Shown: positions 42,122-52,627 of the stretch, one piece after another
Numbering within the stretch: the stretch's first letter is position 1
Layout: each line of letters opens with the position of its first letter
Source of the DNA: an uncultured Lachnospiraceae bacterium
GTDB taxonomy: Bacteria > Bacillota > Clostridia > Lachnospirales > Lachnospiraceae
Direction: 5' to 3'
DNA length: 64,000 bases
Assembly (NCBI GenBank): GCA_900550235.1
Contig: URRQ01000007.1
Span: 1,072 to 65,071 of the forward strand
The notes under the pieces: model-generated
The model's input: only the letters and a program-made list of their open reading frames with translations
The model's database searches: none
Told to the model about the DNA's origin: nothing
Made by a program: the position numbers and the translations under genes

Positions 42122-43327
42122 ATGCTATATGTAAAAAAATTTGGCGGAAGTTCCGTTGCGAATAAACAAAGAATTTTTAATGTGGCGCAAAGATGTGCGG
42201 AAGATTATAGAAAAGGGCATGATGTAGTCGTGGTACTTTCTGCTATGGGAGATACGACAGATGAACTTTTAAGAAAAGCGGAAGAGATCAACCCGAAAGC
42301 AACAAAAAGGGAGCTGGATATGCTTCTCACAACAGGAGAACAGGTATCGGTTTCATTGATGGCGATGGCGTTTCAATCTATGGGAATTCCGGCGATTTCG
42401 CTGAATGCATTTCAGGTATCCATGCAGTCCACATCGAAATATGGGAATGCAAGATTTAAAAGAATCGATACAGACCGTATCACACATGAACTTGAGAACC
42501 GTAAGATTGTCGTAGTGACAGGATTTCAAGGCATCAACAAATATGATGATTATACAACTCTTGGAAGAGGAGGATCCGATACAACAGCGGTTGCTTTGGC
42601 CGCAGTACTTCATGCCGATGTGTGTGAGATTTTTACAGATGTAGACGGCGTGTATACAGCAGATCCGAGAGTCGTGAAAAATGCAAGAAAACTAAAAGAG
42701 ATTACATACGATGAGATGTTAGAATTGGCAACACTTGGAGCAAAAGTTCTCCACAACCGTTCTGTCGAGATGGCGAAAAAATACGGAGTGACGCTGATTG
42801 TTCGTTCCAGCCTTACAAATGAAGAAGGAACGGTAGTGAAGGAGGTAGTAAAAATGGAAAAAATGTTGATCACAGGTGTGGCAGCCGATAAAAATACAGC
42901 TAGAGTATCTGCAATAGGATTAAAGGATGAGCCTGGTATTGCGTTCCGATTATTCCATACGCTTTCCAAAAATAACATCAACGTAGATATTATTCTTCAG
43001 TCTGTAGGACGAGATGGAACAAAGGACATTTCCTTTACTGTTTCTCAGGATGATTTGGAAGCAACATTAGAACTATTGGAAGAAAAGAAAGAAGTTCTTA
43101 CAATTCAGGATATTACTTATAACGAAAAGGTAGCTAAAATATCTGTAGTTGGAGCAGGTATGATGAGCAATCCGGGTGTTGCTGCAAAAATGTTTGAATC
43201 ATTATATAATTCAAGAATCAACATTAATATGATTTCTACATCAGAAATTCGAATCACAGTCCTTGTTGATGAAAAAGAAACAGACCGTGCACTAAATGCA
43301 GTTCACGAAGGATTTAATGTAGAATAG
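42122..43327 (+). CDS. lysC: Aspartate kinase (alpha subunit)
   Basis: KFGGSSV, TTLGRGGSD, TDVDGVYTADP and two ACT domains. Confidence 0.95.
   Translation: MLYVKKFGGSSVANKQRIFNVAQRCAEDYRKGHDVVVVLSAMGDTTDELLRKAEEINPKATKRELDMLLTTGEQVSVSLMAMAFQSMGIPAISLNAFQVSMQSTSKYGNARFKRIDTDRITHELENRKIVVVTGFQGINKYDDYTTLGRGGSDTTAVALAAVLHADVCEIFTDVDGVYTADPRVVKNARKLKEITYDEMLELATLGAKVLHNRSVEMAKKYGVTLIVRSSLTNEEGTVVKEVVKMEKMLITGVAADKNTARVSAIGLKDEPGIAFRLFHTLSKNNINVDIILQSVGRDGTKDISFTVSQDDLEATLELLEEKKEVLTIQDITYNEKVAKISVVGAGMMSNPGVAAKMFESLYNSRININMISTSEIRITVLVDEKETDRALNAVHEGFNVE
42854..43327 (+). CDS. Nested in-frame aspartate kinase beta subunit (putative)
   Basis: Internal AAGGAGGT (42839-42846) 7 nt before in-frame ATG (Met245) at the start of the ACT domains. 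Confidence 0.65.
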   Translation: MEKMLITGVAADKNTARVSAIGLKDEPGIAFRLFHTLSKNNINVDIILQSVGRDGTKDISFTVSQDDLEATLELLEEKKEVLTIQDITYNEKVAKISVVGAGMMSNPGVAAKMFESLYNSRININMISTSEIRITVLVDEKETDRALNAVHEGFNVE

Positions 43328-43341
43328 GATAAAAAAACAGA

Positions 43342-43372
43342 GGACGTTTCTCAAAAGAGAAACGTCCGTTTT
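43342..43372. terminator. Bidirectional terminator
   Basis: GGACGTTTCTC-AAAA-GAGAAACGTCC. Confidence 0.8.
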
Positions 43373-43389
43373 GTTTAGAGAAGAGGGGA

Positions 43390-43833
43390 TTAAAGTTTGC
43401 TCAAATTTGAATTGTGATATTGGGTAGAGAACGTGACGTCTTCGCCGAACCAGGCAGGAGGAAGAAATGCATTGGCAAGTTCTTCGCTTGGGAATTCCAC
43501 TTCAGCAAGCAATAAGGGAGCAAGGTCATTGTGGAATACATCCAATTCAATGGTTAGTTTTTTATCGAATGGAATCAAATAACGGGTTTTGGAGATGATG
43601 CGTCCGTCAACTTTTTGCTTTAAATGTTCATAAGAATCTTTGGTAAGCGGGAGAGTATGTTCTTCCCGAACCATGAGACCTTTGCTTTTGTATGTTAATT
43701 CGTAGTTATCGTTGTCCTTTCGAATACGTATGACAGGCTCGGTACAAAGATACCCTTGTTCCAATTCTCGTTTGGAATACTTTTCAAGATCCTGTGGCAG
43801 TTCTTTGATCAAATATTTACGTTCAATTTCCAT
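43390..43833 (-). CDS. CYTH-domain protein
   Basis: N-terminal EIERK, plus ELDVF and AEVEF motifs. Confidence 0.92.
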   Translation of the reverse strand: MEIERKYLIKELPQDLEKYSKRELEQGYLCTEPVIRIRKDNDNYELTYKSKGLMVREEHTLPLTKDSYEHLKQKVDGRIISKTRYLIPFDKKLTIELDVFHNDLAPLLLAEVEFPSEELANAFLPPAWFGEDVTFSTQYHNSNLSKL

Positions 43834-43964
43834 AATGTGTACCTCCGTTCAGCTTTATCATAATATAGAAGGAAGAAACATGCAACCTGGAGACGGGTTG
43901 CATTTTGGAAAAAGCTTTGATAAACTGAACATACATAAGGAGTCATAAAGAAAAGGAGACAAAT

Positions 43965-44519
43965 ATGAGTAAAAAAGTATATGTATTTCTTGCAGATGGA
44001 TTTGAAGAAATTGAAGGATTGACGGTTGTAGACCTTTTGAGACGGGTGCATACAGAAGTGACGACGGTATCGATTATGAAAGAAAAATTGATACATGGAG
44101 CACATGGGATTGATGTATTAGCAGATGATCTGTTTGAGAATTTGAATTTTGAAGATGGGGATATGATCGTACTTCCGGGTGGACTTCCGGGGACGACTTA
44201 TTTAGGAGAACATGAAGGGCTTGTAGAGTTGATCCAAAAGTATGATCAGGAAGAAAAATATATTGCGGCAATCTGTGCGGCTCCGAGAATTTTTGGAAGA
44301 TTGGGGCTTTTGGAGGGCAGAAAGGCAATTTCTTATCCGGCGATGGAGGAAGAATTAAAAGGAGCAGAAATCGTAAGAGAGCCGGTTGTCGTAGACGGCC
44401 ATATCATTACAAGCAGAGGAATGGGAACTGCAATCGATTTTGCATTAAAAATGATCGCCCTGTTATTTGGAGAGGAAGAGGCTGAGGAACAGGCAGCTTC
44501 CATTGTGTATCGTGGATAA
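43965..44519 (+). CDS. DJ-1/ThiJ/PfpI family protein
   Basis: GFEEIE, LPGG, AICAAP and TSRG motifs. Confidence 0.93.
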   Translation: MSKKVYVFLADGFEEIEGLTVVDLLRRVHTEVTTVSIMKEKLIHGAHGIDVLADDLFENLNFEDGDMIVLPGGLPGTTYLGEHEGLVELIQKYDQEEKYIAAICAAPRIFGRLGLLEGRKAISYPAMEEELKGAEIVREPVVVDGHIITSRGMGTAIDFALKMIALLFGEEEAEEQAASIVYRG

Positions 44520-44520
44520 T

Positions 44521-45189
44521 ATGCGTATGAAAAAAAGAAACAGAATGAAACTGATAAGTATTCTGCTTGCAGCGCTTTTCTTATGCGGCTGTAATGAGTT
44601 CGATGCAGAGGGATATGTACAAGCCAACCTTGATGCTGTTTTTCAAGGAGAGACGGACGCTTTGATGGCATTGAAAGAAGGAAGCAAAAAGCGGGAGCTG
44701 GAACAGGAATATGAAGATCGGATTGCAGAATTTGCAGAAGGATTGACAGTTGGATTAGAAGTGTCTGAACCGATGCAGATTCGATTTAATATATTATGCG
44801 AAAATATTTTCCGCACCATGCGATATTCTATAGAAACAGTAGAGAAGCGTTCAAAAAATGTATACCATGTTACTGTAGAATATGAACCTTCCGATGTGTT
44901 TGTGAAATGGACGGAGTATCTGGCTGAAAATGCAGTCGATTTGAATGAACGTGCGCTGGCAGGCGAGTACCAGGGGACAGAAGAAGAGATTTTGGAGCAG
45001 ATACGTTTGGATATCGCGGTGGAGTCGTTGGAATTATTGGATACGGCGATGATGAATGCAACTTATGGAGATAAGGAGCAAATTATTTTATCAGTGAAAA
45101 AGGGTGAAGATGGAGAATTTGCTATGGATGAGAAGGAAATAGCTGGTTTTATCGCAAAAATCCTGTATTTAGATGAAATTCAAGACTAG
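44521..45189 (+). CDS. Hypothetical lipoprotein
   Basis: Basic N-terminus, hydrophobic core and LCGC lipobox. Exact start is uncertain (44521, 44527 or 44545). Confidence 0.75.
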   Translation: MRMKKRNRMKLISILLAALFLCGCNEFDAEGYVQANLDAVFQGETDALMALKEGSKKRELEQEYEDRIAEFAEGLTVGLEVSEPMQIRFNILCENIFRTMRYSIETVEKRSKNVYHVTVEYEPSDVFVKWTEYLAENAVDLNERALAGEYQGTEEEILEQIRLDIAVESLELLDTAMMNATYGDKEQIILSVKKGEDGEFAMDEKEIAGFIAKILYLDEIQD

Positions 45190-45287
45190 AAAATACTAGA
45201 AATTTGCCAAAGGTTATGCTATACTGTTTGAATGAGTGCATAGAAGATAAGCCTAAGGACTTTTCTAATATAAGGAGGAAAACAAAA

Positions 45288-46574
45288 ATGAGTTTACATG
45301 TAGAAAAAATGGAACACAATATGGCAAAGCTTACAATTGAAGTTTCAGCAGAAGAATTCGAAAAAGCACTGAACGGTGCATATATGAAACAGAAGAAAAA
45401 CATCAGCGTACCAGGATTCCGTAAAGGAAAAGTACCTCGTCAGATGGTAGAAAAAATGTATGGTGCAGAGATTTTCTATGATGATGCAGCAAATGCGATC
45501 ATCCCAGAAGCATATGCAAAAGCATATGATGAAGCAGATATCGAGATCGCTTCTCAGCCAAGCATCGAAGTTGTACAGATTGAAAAAGGAAAACCATTCA
45601 TCTTTACAGCTGAGGTAGCAGTGAAACCAGAAGTAACTCTTGGCGAGTACAAAGGTATGCCTGTAGACAAAGTATCTAACAGAGTAACACAGAAAGAAGT
45701 AGAAGAAAGACTTGTAAAAGAACAGGAAAAGAACGCAAGAACAATTACAGTAGAAGGACGCCCTGTTCAGGATAAAGATGAAGTTGTATTAGACTTTGAA
45801 GGATTTGTAGACGGTGTTGCATTTGAAGGCGGAAAAGGAGAAAACTATCCGTTAGTAATTGGTTCAGGTTCTTTCATTCCAGGATTTGAAGAGCAGTTGA
45901 TCGGCGCTGAAGTGGAAAAAGAAGTAGAAGTGAACGTTACATTCCCAGAAGAATACCATGCAGAAGAATTAGCTGGTAAAGAAGCTGTATTTAAATGCAC
46001 AGTTCATGAAATCAAAGCAAAAGAACTTCCAGAATTAGATGATGAGTTTGCTTCAGAAATTTCTGAATTTGATACATTAGATGCATTAAAAGCTGATATC
46101 AAAGTAAAAATCAAAGAAGAGAAGAATGCAGAAGGAAAGAGAAGAAGAGAAGATCAGGCTGTAGAACAGGCTGTAGCTAATGCAACAATGGATATTCCGG
46201 AAGCAATGATCGATACAGAAGTTCGCCAGATGGTAAATGACTTTGGACAGAGAATTAAACAGCAGGGACTTACAATGGAACAGTACATGCAGTTTACAGG
46301 TATGACATCTGAAAAAATGTTAGAAGAGTTTAAGCCACAGGCATTAAAACGTATCCAGACAAGACTTGTATTAGAAGCAATCGTAAAAGCAGAAAACATC
46401 GGAATCTCTGATGAAAGATTAGATGAAGAGCTTACAAAGATGGCAGAAGCTTACAAGATGGAAGTTGAAAAATTAAAAGAATTTATGGGAGATGCTGAGA
46501 AAGAGCAGATGAAACAGGATATGGCTGTTCAGGAAGCAGTTACATTCTTAGCAGATAACGCAGTAGAAAAATAA
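45288..46574 (+). CDS. tig: Trigger factor
   Basis: PGFRKGKVP and FIPGFEEQL motifs. Start moved to ATG 45288 behind AAGGAGG. Confidence 0.97.
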   Translation: MSLHVEKMEHNMAKLTIEVSAEEFEKALNGAYMKQKKNISVPGFRKGKVPRQMVEKMYGAEIFYDDAANAIIPEAYAKAYDEADIEIASQPSIEVVQIEKGKPFIFTAEVAVKPEVTLGEYKGMPVDKVSNRVTQKEVEERLVKEQEKNARTITVEGRPVQDKDEVVLDFEGFVDGVAFEGGKGENYPLVIGSGSFIPGFEEQLIGAEVEKEVEVNVTFPEEYHAEELAGKEAVFKCTVHEIKAKELPELDDEFASEISEFDTLDALKADIKVKIKEEKNAEGKRRREDQAVEQAVANATMDIPEAMIDTEVRQMVNDFGQRIKQQGLTMEQYMQFTGMTSEKMLEEFKPQALKRIQTRLVLEAIVKAENIGISDERLDEELTKMAEAYKMEVEKLKEFMGDAEKEQMKQDMAVQEAVTFLADNAVEK

Positions 46575-46604
46575 GACATCATGTAAATAAGGAGGCAGCA
46601 TATA

Positions 46605-47186
46605 ATGAGTTTAGTACCTTATGTCATTGAACAGACAAGTCGTGGAGAACGTTCTTACGATATTTATTCCAGACTTTTAAAGGACAGAATCATTTTTCTT
46701 GGAGAGGAAGTGAACGATGCGTCGGCCAGCATTATTGTGGCACAGCTTCTGCATTTAGAGGCGGAGGATCCAGATAAGGATATCCAACTTTACATCAATA
46801 GCCCGGGCGGTTCTGTTTCGGCAGGACTTGCAATCTATGATACAATGCAGTATATCAAATGTGATGTGTCTACCACTTGTATTGGTATGGCTGCAAGTAT
46901 GGGAGCGTTCCTTCTTGCAGGAGGAGCAAAAGGTAAACGATTTGCTCTCCCAAATGCAGAGATCATGATCCATCAGCCACTTGGCGGAGCACAGGGTCAG
47001 GCTACTGAGATCCAGATTGCTGCGGAACATATTTTAAAGACACGCAGAAAATTAAATGAGATTCTTGCTGAGAGAACCGGTAAGAGTTATGAAGAAATCT
47101 GCAAAGATACAGAGAGAGATAATTTTATGTCTGCCGAAGAAGCAGCAGAGTACGGTTTGATCGATAAGGTGGTTGTTAACCGTTAA
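46605..47186 (+). CDS. clpP: Clp protease proteolytic subunit
   Basis: YINSPGG, AASMG and MIHQP motifs. Confidence 0.98.
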   Translation: MSLVPYVIEQTSRGERSYDIYSRLLKDRIIFLGEEVNDASASIIVAQLLHLEAEDPDKDIQLYINSPGGSVSAGLAIYDTMQYIKCDVSTTCIGMAASMGAFLLAGGAKGKRFALPNAEIMIHQPLGGAQGQATEIQIAAEHILKTRRKLNEILAERTGKSYEEICKDTERDNFMSAEEAAEYGLIDKVVVNR

Positions 47187-47244
47187 TAAGCAAAAGGGGG
47201 TGTCATTGGGACATCTCCTTTGCGTGTAAAAATGAGGTGAAATT

Positions 47245-48492
47245 ATGGCGAGAATGGACGAGATAATCAGATGTTCATTTTGTAATAAACCACAGTCACA
47301 AGTCCGCAAACTGATCTCCGGTCCAAACGGAGTATACATTTGTGATGAATGTGTGGATGTGTGTTCTGAGATTATTGAAGAGGAATTTGATTACGAAGAT
47401 GAAAATCCTTTCGGAGAGATCAATCTTTTAAAACCGGAAGAGCTGAAAGCATTTTTGGACGAATATGTAATTGGACAGGAAGAAGCGAAAAAAGTACTTT
47501 CTGTTGCAGTTTATAATCATTACAAAAGAATTATGGCAGAGAAAGATCTTGGAGTTGAACTTCAAAAAAGCAATATTTTAATGCTTGGTCCAACCGGATG
47601 TGGAAAGACAATGCTTGCACAGACACTTGCAAAAGTATTGAATGTGCCGTTTGCCATCGCAGACGCAACTGCACTTACAGAAGCAGGTTATGTAGGAGAA
47701 GATGTGGAAAACATCCTGCTTAAGATCATTCAGGCAGCAGATGGAGATATCGACAAAGCAGAATACGGTATTATTTATATTGATGAGATTGATAAGATTA
47801 CAAGAAAATCCGAAAACCCATCCATTACCCGTGATGTTTCCGGTGAAGGAGTACAACAGGCACTTCTTAAAATCATAGAAGGAACTGTTGCTTCGGTACC
47901 ACCGCAGGGGGGAAGAAAACATCCGCATCAGGAACTGATCCAGATTGATACTACAAATATTTTATTTATCTGTGGTGGAGCATTTGAAGGAATTGATAAG
48001 GTTATTGAAACACGAATTGATAAAAAATCCGTCGGATTCAATGCGGAAATTGCAGGAAAACATGAGTATAGTGTGGATCGTTTGTTGAAGCAAGTACTTC
48101 CACAGGATCTTGTAAAATTTGGGCTGATTCCGGAACTTGTTGGCCGTCTTCCTGTTACGGTATCATTGGAACTTTTGGACGAAGAAGCGTTGATCCGTAT
48201 TCTGACAGAGCCAAAGAGCGCAATTGTAAAGCAGTATCAGAAATTGTTGGAACTTGACGGAGTGGATCTTGTATTTGACGAGGAAGCCCTTACAGAAATT
48301 GCAAAGACATCGCTTGCGAGAAAGACAGGTGCAAGAGGACTTCGTGCAATTATGGAAAAAATCATGATGAATACAATGTATCATGTTCCTTCGGATGACA
48401 CTATTCGTGGATGCAGAATTACAAAAGAAGCAGTACAAGGATTGGCGGATCCGGTATATATAAGAGATGACGAGCATTTTATAAGTGCGTAA
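47245..48492 (+). CDS. clpX: Clp protease ATP-binding subunit
   Basis: CSFC...CDEC zinc finger, [16 protein letters not shown] and RKH loop. Confidence 0.98.
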   Translation: MARMDEIIRCSFCNKPQSQVRKLISGPNGVYICDECVDVCSEIIEEEFDYEDENPFGEINLLKPEELKAFLDEYVIGQEEAKKVLSVAVYNHYKRIMAEKDLGVELQKSNILMLGPTGCGKTMLAQTLAKVLNVPFAIADATALTEAGYVGEDVENILLKIIQAADGDIDKAEYGIIYIDEIDKITRKSENPSITRDVSGEGVQQALLKIIEGTVASVPPQGGRKHPHQELIQIDTTNILFICGGAFEGIDKVIETRIDKKSVGFNAEIAGKHEYSVDRLLKQVLPQDLVKFGLIPELVGRLPVTVSLELLDEEALIRILTEPKSAIVKQYQKLLELDGVDLVFDEEALTEIAKTSLARKTGARGLRAIMEKIMMNTMYHVPSDDTIRGCRITKEAVQGLADPVYIRDDEHFISA

Positions 48493-48500
48493 GTAAAAGG

Positions 48501-48533
48501 AAACGGAGCCGGTAAAAGCCGGCCCGTTTTTTT
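48501..48533 (+). terminator. Intrinsic terminator
   Basis: AAACGGAGCCGG / CCGGCCCGTTT stem followed by a T run. Confidence 0.75.
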
Positions 48534-48593
48534 GGTATTTTATACTATAAAACACACACTATCGTTGGAAGCTTAGTTGCAGAAGGAGAACAT

Positions 48594-50915
48594 ATGACAG
48601 AAATAATCAAAAATATACCGATGGTACCCCTTCGTGGGATGACAGTGTTGCCAAGAGAAGTGATTCATTTTGATGTAAGTAGGAAAAAATCGATCGAAGC
48701 GATTCAGGAAGTAATGGCAGGCGATCAGAAGATTTTTTTAGCAACACAGAAACAAGTCGAGACGGAAGAGGTTGAAAAAGAAGATCTGTATGAAGTCGGA
48801 ACAATTGCAGAGATCAAACAGATTGTCAAGATGCCAAAGAAAATTCTAAGAGTTCTCGTGACGGGAAAGGAAAGAGCAATTTTAAATGAATTGTCATCGA
48901 CAGAGCCATTTTATCAAGCAGATGTCACAGTCACAGATCAATATCCTTATGTAGAAGCGGAGCCGATTGAGCAGGAGGCGATGCTTCGGACATTGCAGGA
49001 CGCATTTTTAGAATTTGCTATTAAAAATCCGCATCTGACAAAAGAAACAGTAGAACAGATTAATCGGATTGATAATTTGAAGACCTTGATTCAAGAAGTA
49101 ACGATTGCGGCAGGCTTTGATTATATCGATAAACAAAAATTTCTAAATGAAGAGGATCCGTTAAAGCGATATCGTATGCTTGTGGATCAATTGGCAAATG
49201 AAACTGAGATATTAAAAGTAAAAGAAGAGATTCAAGAGAAAGTAAAAGCCCGGGTTGATAAAGGGCAAAGAGAATATATCCTGCGAGAGGAGTTAAAAGT
49301 AATTCGCCAAGAATTGGGAGATGACTCGATCCTTTCTGATGCAGAAGAATTTGAAAAAATGACAGAGGAGTTAGAAGCTCCGAAAGAAGTGAAGGAAAAG
49401 CTTTACAAAGAGATTAAAAGATTTAAAAATGCAATCGGAAGTCCTGCGGAGAGTGGAGTGATCCGTACTTACATAGAGACAGTATTAGAAATGCCATGGG
49501 ATAAAATGTCAGAAGATAACATTGACATTGCATATGCAAAGGAAATCTTAGAGGAAGAACATTATGGTCTTGAAAAAGTAAAAGAACGTATTTTGGAATT
49601 TCTTGCTGTCCGCGCATTAACATCAAAAGGAAATAGTCCGATACTTTGCCTTGTAGGACCTCCGGGAACTGGAAAAACATCGATTGCCAAGTCATTGGCA
49701 AAGGCGCTGAAGAAAGAATATGTTCGTATTTCACTTGGGGGAGTCAGAGATGAGGCAGAGATCAGAGGGCATCGAAAAACCTATGTAGGAGCCATGCCGG
49801 GACGTATTGCAAATGCATTAAAAACTGCAGGTGTGAAGAATCCACTGATGCTCTTAGATGAAATCGACAAAGTAAGTACCGATTATAAGGGCGACACTTT
49901 CTCAGCTCTTTTGGAAGTATTAGATAGTGAACAGAACGTAAAGTTCCGCGATCATTATTTGGAAGTTCCGGTAGATTTGTCAGAAGTTTTATTTGTGACA
50001 ACGGCAAATACATTGCAGACAATACCGAGACCTCTTCTTGACCGTATGGAAGTAATTGAAATCAGCAGCTATACGGACAATGAGAAACTGCATATTGCAG
50101 AACAGCATCTCATTCCAAAACAATTGGAGAAGCATGGTCTTTCTGAAAAAATGCTGACGATCAGCAGGGGCGCGCTTTGGAAAATGACTCACAACTATAC
50201 AAGAGAAGCTGGCGTGCGTCAGTTAGAACGTCAGATTGGTGATATTTGCAGAAAAGCAGCACGAGAGATCTTGGAAGAGAAGAAAGAAAAAATACGGATT
50301 ACCGAGAGTAATCTTTCCAAATATCTCGGAAAAGAAAAATATATATATCAGATGGCGAATGAGACAGATGAAGTAGGAATTGTGCGTGGACTTGCCTGGA
50401 CAAGCGTAGGAGGCGACACGTTGCAGATAGAAGTCAATGTCATGCCGGGAAAAGGAGAACTGATGCTGACAGGGCAAATGGGAGATGTTATGAAGGAATC
50501 GGCAAGAACAGGAATCAGTTATATTCGTTCCATGATTGCCGATTATGGTATAGGAAGTGAGTATTTTGAAAAACATGATATTCATATTCATATTCCGGAA
50601 GGAGCAGTTCCTAAAGATGGCCCATCTGCAGGTATATCTATGGCAACGGCAAATTTTTCGGCAATCACGAACAAGAAGGTGCGAGCAGACGTTGCAATGA
50701 CAGGTGAGATCACATTGCGAGGAAGGGTATTACCAATTGGTGGCTTAAAGGAAAAGCTGTTAGCAGCTAAAGTGGCCGGAATCAAAACGGTAATCGTACC
50801 GAAGGAAAATCAAAAAGATGTGCAGGAGCTGTCTACAGAGATTACAAAGGGATTGGAAATTTGCTTTGTAACTCATATGAGAGAAGTGCTTACGATTGCC
50901 CTTGTAGAAGAATAG
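48594..50915 (+). CDS. lon: Lon protease
   Basis: [21 protein letters not shown] and PKDGPSAG motifs. Confidence 0.97.
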   Translation: MTEIIKNIPMVPLRGMTVLPREVIHFDVSRKKSIEAIQEVMAGDQKIFLATQKQVETEEVEKEDLYEVGTIAEIKQIVKMPKKILRVLVTGKERAILNELSSTEPFYQADVTVTDQYPYVEAEPIEQEAMLRTLQDAFLEFAIKNPHLTKETVEQINRIDNLKTLIQEVTIAAGFDYIDKQKFLNEEDPLKRYRMLVDQLANETEILKVKEEIQEKVKARVDKGQREYILREELKVIRQELGDDSILSDAEEFEKMTEELEAPKEVKEKLYKEIKRFKNAIGSPAESGVIRTYIETVLEMPWDKMSEDNIDIAYAKEILEEEHYGLEKVKERILEFLAVRALTSKGNSPILCLVGPPGTGKTSIAKSLAKALKKEYVRISLGGVRDEAEIRGHRKTYVGAMPGRIANALKTAGVKNPLMLLDEIDKVSTDYKGDTFSALLEVLDSEQNVKFRDHYLEVPVDLSEVLFVTTANTLQTIPRPLLDRMEVIEISSYTDNEKLHIAEQHLIPKQLEKHGLSEKMLTISRGALWKMTHNYTREAGVRQLERQIGDICRKAAREILEEKKEKIRITESNLSKYLGKEKYIYQMANETDEVGIVRGLAWTSVGGDTLQIEVNVMPGKGELMLTGQMGDVMKESARTGISYIRSMIADYGIGSEYFEKHDIHIHIPEGAVPKDGPSAGISMATANFSAITNKKVRADVAMTGEITLRGRVLPIGGLKEKLLAAKVAGIKTVIVPKENQKDVQELSTEITKGLEICFVTHMREVLTIALVEE

Positions 50916-50924
50916 GAGGACAAC

Positions 50925-51503
50925 ATGGTTATAAAAAATGTAGAATTGGAGATTGTATGTGGAATCACGAGTAAACTTCCGGAAACGGATTTGATGGAAG
51001 TTGCGTTTGCCGGGAAATCAAACGTTGGGAAATCTTCGCTTATCAATGCGCTTATGAATCGAAAAGCGTTGGCAAGAACATCCGCTACGCCGGGAAAAAC
51101 ACAGACGATCAATTTTTACAATGTAAACAAAGAGTTATATCTCGTAGACCTTCCGGGATATGGGTATGCTCGTGTCTCAGAAAAAGAAAAAATTCAATGG
51201 GGAAAACTAATTGAACGTTATCTTCATAGTTCCAAACAATTAAAAGCAGTATTCCTTCTAATCGACATCAGACATGATCCATCGGAGAATGACAGATTGA
51301 TGTATAGCTGGATTGTAAATCAAGGATATAATCCGATCATTATTGCTACGAAGCTGGATAAGATTAAAAGAAGTCAAGTGCAGAAACATATGAAGATGAT
51401 TCGTGAAGGCTTGGAACTTGTTCCGGGAACAACGATCATACCATTTTCTGCTGAGACAAAGCAGGGAAGAGATGAAATATGGGAATTGATCGAGAGTATT
51501 TAA
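50925..51503 (+). CDS. engB: Ribosome biogenesis GTPase EngB/YsxC
   Basis: GKSNVGKSS, DLPGYG and TKLDK motifs, directly after lon. Confidence 0.95.
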   Translation: MVIKNVELEIVCGITSKLPETDLMEVAFAGKSNVGKSSLINALMNRKALARTSATPGKTQTINFYNVNKELYLVDLPGYGYARVSEKEKIQWGKLIERYLHSSKQLKAVFLLIDIRHDPSENDRLMYSWIVNQGYNPIIIATKLDKIKRSQVQKHMKMIREGLELVPGTTIIPFSAETKQGRDEIWELIESI

Positions 51504-52147
51504 TCAAAGCCTTGACTTTTTGGGATAATATATCTGAAGAGGAAAAGGAGAGAATTATTAAAAATACAGCAGAGGCTTCTTATAAACAGGGTGAGCAGGT
51601 GCATAGTGCAGAACAGGAATGCATTGGTGTGTTGATCATCAAAAAAGGTGAGCTTCGTACATATATTTTGTCAGAGGAAGGAAAAGAAATCACTTTATTC
51701 CGACAGGAGGAAGGTGACGTATGCATTTTGACCGCATCTTGTATCTTAAGCAGTATTCATTTCGATGTACATGTGGATGCAGAAAAAGACAGTGAGGTGT
51801 TAGTCATCAATGCACCGGCATTTTCTAAGCTTTGTAAAGAAAATGTATATATTGAAAATTTTTCTCTTCGTTTGGCAACAGAACGGTTTTCTGATGTTAT
51901 GTGGGCAATGGAGCAGATTTTGTTTATGAGTTTTGATCGAAGACTGGCAATTTTTCTTTTAGATGAAACTGCAAAAAACGGAACAGACACACTCACATTA
52001 ACACATGAACAGATTGCAAAATATATGGGAAGCGCTCGAGAAGTTGTTTCCCGTATGTTGAAATATTTTGCGAAAGAGGGAATTGTGGAACTCTCCAGAG
52101 GCTGTATTAGAATATTGGATAGAAAAAAGTTAAAGGAATTGATGTAG
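51479..52147 (+). CDS. Crp/Fnr-family transcriptional regulator
   Basis: cNMP-binding-like domain and THEQIA...GSAREVVSR HTH. Confidence 0.92.
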   Translation: MGIDREYLIKALTFWDNISEEEKERIIKNTAEASYKQGEQVHSAEQECIGVLIIKKGELRTYILSEEGKEITLFRQEEGDVCILTASCILSSIHFDVHVDAEKDSEVLVINAPAFSKLCKENVYIENFSLRLATERFSDVMWAMEQILFMSFDRRLAIFLLDETAKNGTDTLTLTHEQIAKYMGSAREVVSRMLKYFAKEGIVELSRGCIRILDRKKLKELM

Positions 52148-52171
52148 GAAACTTAGCGTATTCATATGAAA

Positions 52172-52196
52172 AATCCGGCAGGAGATCTGCCGGATT
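52172..52196. terminator. Terminator between convergent genes
   Basis: AATCCGGCAG / CTGCCGGATT. Confidence 0.75.
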
Positions 52197-52209
52197 GATT
52201 AGGGATATA

Positions 52210-52518
52210 TTATTTTAACATAGATAAGATTTCTTCTTTGGATTTAGCTCCGACTTCGCGTTTTACTACTTCGCCGTCTTTTACAACAAGAAGGGTAGGA
52301 ATACTCATGACACGGAATCTTTGAGCTAATTCAATGTTTTCATCAACATTGACTTTACAGATTTTCGCATCGGTAACTTCTTCTGCAAGTTCTGCGATGA
52401 TTGGAAGAACCATCTGACACGGTCCGCACCAAGGCGCCCAAAAATCAATGAGAACCGGTTTGTCGGACTTTAAAACTTCTGAATCAAAATTGTCTATTGT
52501 TAAATTTAATGCTGCCAT
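52210..52518 (-). CDS. trxA: Thioredoxin
   Basis: WCGPC active site. ATG 52518 behind AAGGAG. Confidence 0.95.
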   Translation of the reverse strand: MAALNLTIDNFDSEVLKSDKPVLIDFWAPWCGPCQMVLPIIAELAEEVTDAKICKVNVDENIELAQRFRVMSIPTLLVVKDGEVVKREVGAKSKEEILSMLK

Positions 52519-52577
52519 ACTTAACACTCCTTTTATGTTTGTTTTTCTATATTATAATTGGTATAACCATTTTTCTC

Positions 52578-52592
52578 TGTGACTATGTCACA
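52578..52592. promoter_or_regulatory. Crp/Fnr-type palindromic operator upstream of trxA
   Basis: TGTGAC-TAT-GTCACA, centred about 29 bp upstream of a minus-strand TATAAT (52551-52556). Confidence 0.6.
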
Positions 52593-52627
52593 TTGACTGA
52601 GTAAATTTTTGGAATGGGGGAATATGC

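Noticed and set aside
45189..48594. CIRCE or CtsR heat-shock operators near tig-clpP-clpX-lon and ftsH
   Set aside because: I saw no convincing match to either consensus.
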